The translations under genes were made by a program, and so were the position numbers. Shown here in pieces: positions 51,901-54,205 of a DNA stretch of 54,205 nt. Each line of letters starts with the position of its first letter. Positions within the stretch are counted from its first letter, which is position 1. Location of the stretch: positions 53,187 through 107,391 of the forward strand of contig CBFGJV010000003.1 in assembly GCA_965649205.1 (NCBI GenBank), in the 5' to 3' direction. Source of the DNA: a candidate division WOR-3 bacterium. Its GTDB lineage: Bacteria; Hydrothermota; Tepidihabitantia; Tepidihabitantales; Tepidihabitantaceae. Below the pieces are notes generated by a model. That model ran no database searches and was not told the DNA's origin. It was given only the letters and a program-made list of their open reading frames with translations.

Positions 51901-53409
51901 ACTGGTATGAGTACCGGAATTGGAAACTGGACCCCGGACGGTGATGGTAAATCCTCCGTCGGCCAGAGTAGTACTGGCATTGATAGTAAGAGAGCCATTT
52001 ACCAGTAGGGGACCCAGAGCAGTCTTCACCGGCGTGCCGGTAGAAGACCGACTGATGGTCAAGTTTCCGTACGACGCAGGAGTGGCAGATATGTCCTGGT
52101 TCACATTGGCGTAATAATCAACCGTGCTGGCGTCATCCAGAGAGATATTCTCCCGCTGAAAACCGGTGGGAAACGTGGTAGCTGTACCTGCACCCAGGCG
52201 CAGAATAGCGCCTGCGCCTACTGTCAGGTTCTTGCCACTGGTACCGGCAATCTGATACCCACCGTCAGCCAGAATCGCCGTGCCGGAAATGGTCAGGTTG
52301 CCGCCGATGGTCAGGCCGGTAGTGGCAGTAGCGCTGGCGCTGCCCGTCACGGTGAAATCGCCATTCACCGTGGAAAGACCGGTGATAGTCTTGGTTCCGC
52401 TACCCCCCAGTACAAGATGGTGATAAGTAATTGCCTTAACTGTCTGAGCAGCACCGTTGTAGATTACCGTATTCGGACTGGGACTGGCAACAAGCGTAGT
52501 TATGCCGGAAGTGCCACCAATGGTCAGAGTTGCGCCAGCCGCATTAGTCAAACTGCCAGTTCCGGACAACGCACTGGTAACAGTAAGATCACCTTTGTTG
52601 GTGTAAGAACCGGAAACTGTCAGATTCGCAAAGGTAAGCGTACCGCTGAGTTCCTTATTAGTGCCGGCCAAAGTAATGGTGTTAGTGCCAGCGGAAAGAG
52701 TGCCGGTAACCACAGCCAGGTTACCATTTATAGTAGTCGCTCCGGTGAAACTCACCCCTCCAGATGTGTTCCGTATCTCGATATTGTTGTAGGTCGTGTA
52801 TGCTCCAATGGTCTGGGCAACTGAACCATTGAATATGATGGTGCCTGTTCCGGATGTGTTCAGAATGCCGCCACCACCAAAATTTCCTCCCACATATACT
52901 GTGCTTGAACCAGTGGAAGTAAAGGTAGCAGCATACTGGCTGTTGAAGGAAATATTGCCAGTCACCATTATGATGCCGGTGCTTACGCTCACCAACCCCT
53001 TGGAATAAGAAGAACTGGCAGTGTAGCCGTTGATGGAAATGTTTGTGGCCGTAAGAACTCCTCCTCCCACCCGCATCTCGGATGTGCCAGTAACACTGGT
53101 GGATGAAGCTCCCACAGTAACGGCTCTGGTCACGGCCAGCGTGACTCCGTCCGCCAGGTCTATGCCGTTTCTGCCAGAGGTTACCGGAATGTATATGGCT
53201 CCAGCTGCAGTATCCCGTTCAACTGTAACCACGTGCCCGGCGGCTATAACCACACTATCGTTCTCTCCAGGCAGAATGCCACCTTGCCAGGTTGTTGTCT
53301 GGTGCCAGGAACCTGACGCTGCACTAGTAATTACGGCTGCCTGAATTGTGAGGAATAATCCCGTCACCGCAAGGCAGGCCAAAAGCTGAGCAAAACCGCG
53401 TGCCGACAT
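42973..53409 (-). CDS. Giant (3478 aa) exported surface protein: signal peptide, G8-like start, long Gly/Thr/Asn beta-helix-like region, five CARDB/Ig-like repeats, Kelch propeller and T9SS-CTD-like tail
   Basis: Uninterrupted ORF after SD AGGAGG; GxFTNxG repeats; repeats of the form DV.V..I..P...W.N.G...W.VRCST; Kelch blades IY..KG; C-terminus PNP...DAAGRCV...GVYLV...KLVVRR. Confidence 0.9.
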   Translation of the reverse strand: MSARGFAQLLACLAVTGLFLTIQAAVITSAASGSWHQTTTWQGGILPGENDSVVIAAGHVVTVERDTAAGAIYIPVTSGRNGIDLADGVTLAVTRAVTVGASSTSVTGTSEMRVGGGVLTATNISINGYTASSSYSKGLVSVSTGIIMVTGNISFNSQYAATFTSTGSSTVYVGGNFGGGGILNTSGTGTIIFNGSVAQTIGAYTTYNNIEIRNTSGGVSFTGATTINGNLAVVTGTLSAGTNTITLAGTNKELSGTLTFANLTVSGSYTNKGDLTVTSALSGTGSLTNAAGATLTIGGTSGITTLVASPSPNTVIYNGAAQTVKAITYHHLVLGGSGTKTITGLSTVNGDFTVTGSASATATTGLTIGGNLTISGTAILADGGYQIAGTSGKNLTVGAGAILRLGAGTATTFPTGFQRENISLDDASTVDYYANVNQDISATPASYGNLTISRSSTGTPVKTALGPLLVNGSLTINASTTLADGGFTITVRGPVSNSGTHTSTGSGKLLLTGSSASRTISTTGAFGNLELNDPNGVTTSGAFSMGSLTITSGTFTMGAVAHTVSGATSITGTLAMSSSSGTKTFSGDVTINAGGRWNNSGNASVTLSGSLVNNSVNPFVAGTGTYTFNGTGKEISSVTSLSIPNLTVSGTITNKANLTVGTALSGGGNLINAAGATLTIGGTSGINTLTATAEGNTVVYNGTAAQIIKGTSYHHLTVSTTGGNATLGAATVVNGTLNVASGTTLALSSYNLTVNGDFTNVSGATISQGGAGAMIVTGTYVNNGTHTQSSTGGLSVGAFTNNNVYNATTSSNTLTVTNLFTNSATGVITRSNSGTWNLNGGFVNAAGGQYSHSGTGDLYVTGNFLNEGSYSTSGASGLMVSGDLINAGTISKTAAGEDTVAGLFWNKPEGSFIRGTNSIGYCWLKGGFLNEGSYSAAVATSPLVVGVAAGGGDFTNDGAFDNSGNGALTFNGNFTNNQVLDADANFGTGLVTFGGTNVNTSLGGSGITSFGRMAVSKAAGRWLNLNANLNLTAAQATVLNISAGNLLVNGVTLNVPGSTSSGPVLTGAPTCTLRVAAGSAVTLGQSGTGATVVTLNQASGALGAVIIDGGTVDIYGRHSLYHSTTSGQGHFKLNGGTVTYHSIGTGTSAALYLTTAGSSVPAGNGWFASGGTVDFKGGVYCFGSDLYSGYILRFVADGAVVKFSGSNAGGFNFNGGSYSVAGSFHLGNLRIEKSNATVTFTSSNSMGSSFVEMNGLVVAPTATLDLAGTHASGYGYRVNGSVTNDGSITRSSGSNNNLVVTGSFTNNGVYSTSVAAGLTVSGDFTNNGSFTQTAAGTVTVTGLFWNRSGKTVERGSNSTGTWNLNGGFRNDGTYTATTAASPLTLGAASPFTQGATGTFTNGGGAVQFGSTFTNAGTFTTTGAGSVTFSGSAENTSSGTMERAAGSIGAYTFNAGFTNNGIFKNATTTAGFTVNGAFVNSSTADFRNTGNSNIQFNGDFTNEQADANWGTGTVIFGGNTSGNLAGSQQPVFARVQVNKTGSPLPALTLQANLTVPDLVLSSGSLITNGYDLTVNDSILGTSAGILSITSSAVSDAASTVSVGTLFQGASTGVGRVLVEGAGATLNIGTSASGQHILNYGGSSFNNYFLLSGTGATVNYLNASGTGNSASLVLTTSSGTNASNCGWFATSGTVNFYGNIYSPYASSSYRQYFQASSGATVRFVGSSASEVNLAVTYAPSAGYAVWDFGTMQVAKSGSPAPAVTFTSTATGCATVVQATGGVTVNAGNMLKLHGQFASGSYGYNFSGGLLNNGTIERGSTPTAANNHLTTGAFTNNGIFRTNANTANLTVNGNFLNASTATFDNTANGNLFFNGDFRNDQSDPAKALWSTSAGTNTITFGGTGNTTVRHATTLLNLDCNVAVDKGAIDRTVTLESGLNLQQSGRTLSIISGTLVTNNNHLYVYQSGSAITGGANGRLRVTGSSNVSVMNLNQGSGQLKEIVLEGTGTFVIDGIHTLHYSAASNKFIQSGNGTVNYNGTGTGTSSALYLTSGSALLSPPDLSGWFISAGTVNFFGGIYAAHSTSGYATVLQAQSPGVVRFVGNQAASVNLAGNADATGIWSIDDLRVQKTSSFLTITSSYTLSGTSFAIGSLTVGSGSTLNLSGSFGAGYGYDVAGNISNSGAIVMQSGINNNLYVGGNWSGSGAFTPAGRTVVFDHSTSATVSLPSGSTFYNLTVNKSAGGSLSLAGNVQVGNALRVQSGTFSVGQNTLTIGTTTQAGQVTVDAGATFSAVGAARTFIGAAGVEEVIDTGSDALAQIAAASEAYPYAFTVNSGATIAASYAKFSKPNTAGIVVKSGAMIAPAPQNFSNCEFDHGAISGPMLRLENNEAHAISNVSFNGTATEGVGFNISKSQAASGRIDVLGGSGNRWGSRYEQDPAELIYWKPNLDVACVQVFAPTGLVDSGSTVVPSCSVYNAGLTAATFVVRMNIGGNMVVRNYTVSDLAPGAGQRCNFSSWVANVTPGTYQVRCSTRLSGDQEELNNRQGPFNILVVKRDVRVHSILVPTGSYRPGEEVQPEAIWANDGNVPGGASFEAWMIITDPDGIERYRQKEDVHVAERSQLQVQFTQKLVLNQPGDWTVRCSTGYAGDMIPSNDVKERVFTVTATNVGVKSLASPVPGGRYAVGGQVVPAATWRNYGEESADFDAWVVITGPGGERYAHSRPQTGVGPGEERVVSDFPACVLSSVGIWTVRCSTYYADDKVPADDTLDREFSVVDEDVSVDSVAVPVPGRAYLPGVELTPRAVWRNRSATAAADFWVWMILSSPTLASDAVGDVSSTVTDTEVYRDSVFVAGLAPGRDTVVYFRTTGSLWTGGMWTVRCSTYMVNDPAPQNDTLSCFFSIGRPDMAVTAILAPLGTVEKGKTVHPAATLKNNGDCVVTLEARFTMWNPASGTDGKAYDTVLVIPGISVGVETTITFPSFEATTATGTWVTRCSVYVESEETPEDNVLYSSFKVEDPDASLWEPGMGVAGSVPDMGLPDGKAPQVGAWLATGPEWQQGVTSGKEESDSLPCYRELFSEGPVIYVAKGNKTSDFGKFNPLNNVWTELASIPDVEEGKLKPPAKGTVGVCAFNDTAIYMTRGNNMLGFYRYDIKRNEWTRIHDVPAGPKGKKVKGGNDLAYVYRADTNWIYLLKGGLNEFYRYNVEAGRWDTLENAPYTGTSAVKYDKGSFLVTDGRDYIYAHRGKYNDGSNYYMFRYDVANDTWYKAPLKGLPLDGYEGGVLKKKKAGDGAAGAWYDGYIYAMKGGNTHSFYRYTVSTGVWEQIDTIPRNGPAGKKAVKAGGDLVFWGKRTFFLLKGNKCPELWRYVVPTSGVRSYISQVSGAQSQAQPLVGMLRIMPNPIATGFVTVRFACGTATESRERSYGQYPAYLRVVDAAGRCVLQQTCTTGHSTFVLDMRSLSFGVYLVFVDAAGLTTAQKLVVRR
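43406..43532. repeat. 127-bp exact repeat, copy A
   Basis: Base-for-base identical to 54079-54205. Confidence 0.95.
51351..52545. repeat. Internal duplication in the giant gene (46-bp cores at 51351-51396 and 52500-52545)
   Basis: TTATGCCGGAAGTGCCACCRATGGTCAGAGTTGCGCCAGCCGCATT with one mismatch; encodes NAAGATLTIGGTSGI twice. Confidence 0.85.
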
Positions 53410-53531
53410 CCTAACCTCCTTTTCCTAATCAAACCTGCTTTTTCCCACGGGCCTGAGCGTCGCTGTGGGTTTCGTGCATTGCGCCCTGCCGCAATGGAAA
53501 CACATCCCTGGCCCGACGCAGGCAACCACAA

Positions 53532-53561
53532 ATATTATCGGCTTCTTCAGCTTCAGGTCAA
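53532..53561 (-). promoter_or_regulatory. sigma70-type promoter of the giant gene
   Basis: TTGACC-N16-GATAAT (or N18-TAATAT), just downstream of the upstream gene's terminator. Confidence 0.55.
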
Positions 53562-53584
53562 CAGTCGGCTTTTTCCGTTTACGC

Positions 53585-53622
53585 AAAAAAGAGGAGGCGG
53601 GCTGGCCAGCCCGCCTCCTTTT
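53585..53622 (-). terminator. Strong intrinsic terminator (possibly bidirectional)
   Basis: Inverted repeat AGGAGGCGGGCTG/CAGCCCGCCTCCT, flanked by A6 on one side and T4 on the other. Confidence 0.9.
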
Positions 53623-53639
53623 GGAAGTGTATCTGATTG

Positions 53640-54205
53640 CTACTTTATCACCAGTTTGGCCGAGGCGGTCACGCCCGCCGCCACATCCAACCTGACCAGA
53701 TAAGCACCAGCCGGCAATTGACGCAGATCAAGCTGAACACCCTGCGTCCAGTTGGAGCTGGTCCGGGTAAACACGCAGCGGCCGGATGCATCGAACACTC
53801 GCACCCATGCGGAAGACTGACCGGAGCCGGTCGCTCCCATCCTGCCGGCAAACCGCAAGGTGGCAAATCCTTCCGCAATCGGGTTGGGAGTTATGCTCAA
53901 CCTTTCCAGACCGCTCAGCATAGTTCCAGTTGTCTGCACACCCTGACCGGAGGCGCTGACCTCGGGCCGGAAGGAGGGCGTGGCAAAGATAGGCAGCGCA
54001 TACCGCCACAGTTCTGAGGACTTGTTCCCCTTCATCAGGAAGAAGGCGCCTTTGTCGTAGTAAACGATGTCGCCGCCCGCTTTCACCGCTTTCTTTCCCG
54101 CCGGACCATTGCGCGGTATCGTGTCTATCTGCTCCCACACACCGGTCGATACCGTGTAACGGTAGAAACTGTGCGTATTCCCGCCCTTCATCGCATATAT
54201 GTAAC
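53640..54205 (-). CDS. 3' end of a paralogous Kelch + T9SS-CTD-like exported protein (5' part outside the window)
   Basis: YIYAMKGGNTHSFYRY...KGNKSSELWRY, then ITPNP...FDASGRCV...GAYLVRL...KLVIK; frame open to the window end. Confidence 0.88.
   Translation of the reverse strand, partial: YIYAMKGGNTHSFYRYTVSTGVWEQIDTIPRNGPAGKKAVKAGGDIVYYDKGAFFLMKGNKSSELWRYALPIFATPSFRPEVSASGQGVQTTGTMLSGLERLSITPNPIAEGFATLRFAGRMGATGSGQSSAWVRVFDASGRCVFTRTSSNWTQGVQLDLRQLPAGAYLVRLDVAAGVTASAKLVIK
54079..54205. repeat. 127-bp exact repeat, copy B, at the window end
   Basis: Identical to 43406-43532. Confidence 0.95.

Noticed and set aside
43371..53344. Long plus-strand ORFs (up to 337 aa) opposite the giant gene
   Set aside because: Antisense shadows caused by biased codon usage; no protein-like features.
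53410..53530. Integron attC site
   Set aside because: The hairpin lacks properly placed RYYYAAC/GTTRRRY ends, there is no cassette array or integrase, and it lies in a 5' leader.
43329..54205. Repeat pair as the template and variable repeats of a diversity-generating retroelement
   Set aside because: The core is fully identical, flanking differences are not adenine-specific, both copies are coding, and no reverse transcriptase is in the window.
1..54205. CRISPR array, IS element or prophage
   Set aside because: I saw no regularly spaced repeats, and no transposase, integrase or phage structural genes.

Overview
This is a 54 kb, gene-dense chromosomal segment from a diderm bacterium. The style of its secreted proteins (Kelch/CARDB modules with T9SS-CTD-like or FlgD-Ig-like C-termini) suggests an FCB-related candidate lineage such as WOR-3; this taxonomy is my inference. 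Housekeeping genes are dnaE, lysS, lolE/lolD, pal-cpoB-tolQ-tolR-tolA, htpX/lemA, mltG/yqgF, mcsA-mcsB-selA, a stand-alone AICAR transformylase, purQ and a ThiI/MnmA-like thiouridylase. They are interleaved with many exported proteins: a phospholipase D missed by the ORF track, a PHP hydrolase, a PKD/PQQ lipoprotein, a tandem nitroreductase-fold protein, an S8 protease and a 3478-aa surface protein. The most notable observations are: (1) an AftB-like GT-C glycosyltransferase paired with a DPPR synthase (UbiA), next to the giant surface protein, with D-S/T motif enrichment in exported proteins, suggesting a pentosyl glycosylation system; (2) an exact 127-bp Kelch-encoding block shared by the giant gene and its upstream paralog, running to the window end; (3) a Pal with an altered peptidoglycan-binding motif; (4) several apparently leaderless promoters; (5) an XRE gene with an internal duplication behind a strand-skewed, palindrome-bearing intergenic region. 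I recognised no tRNA, rRNA, CRISPR array or transposase.
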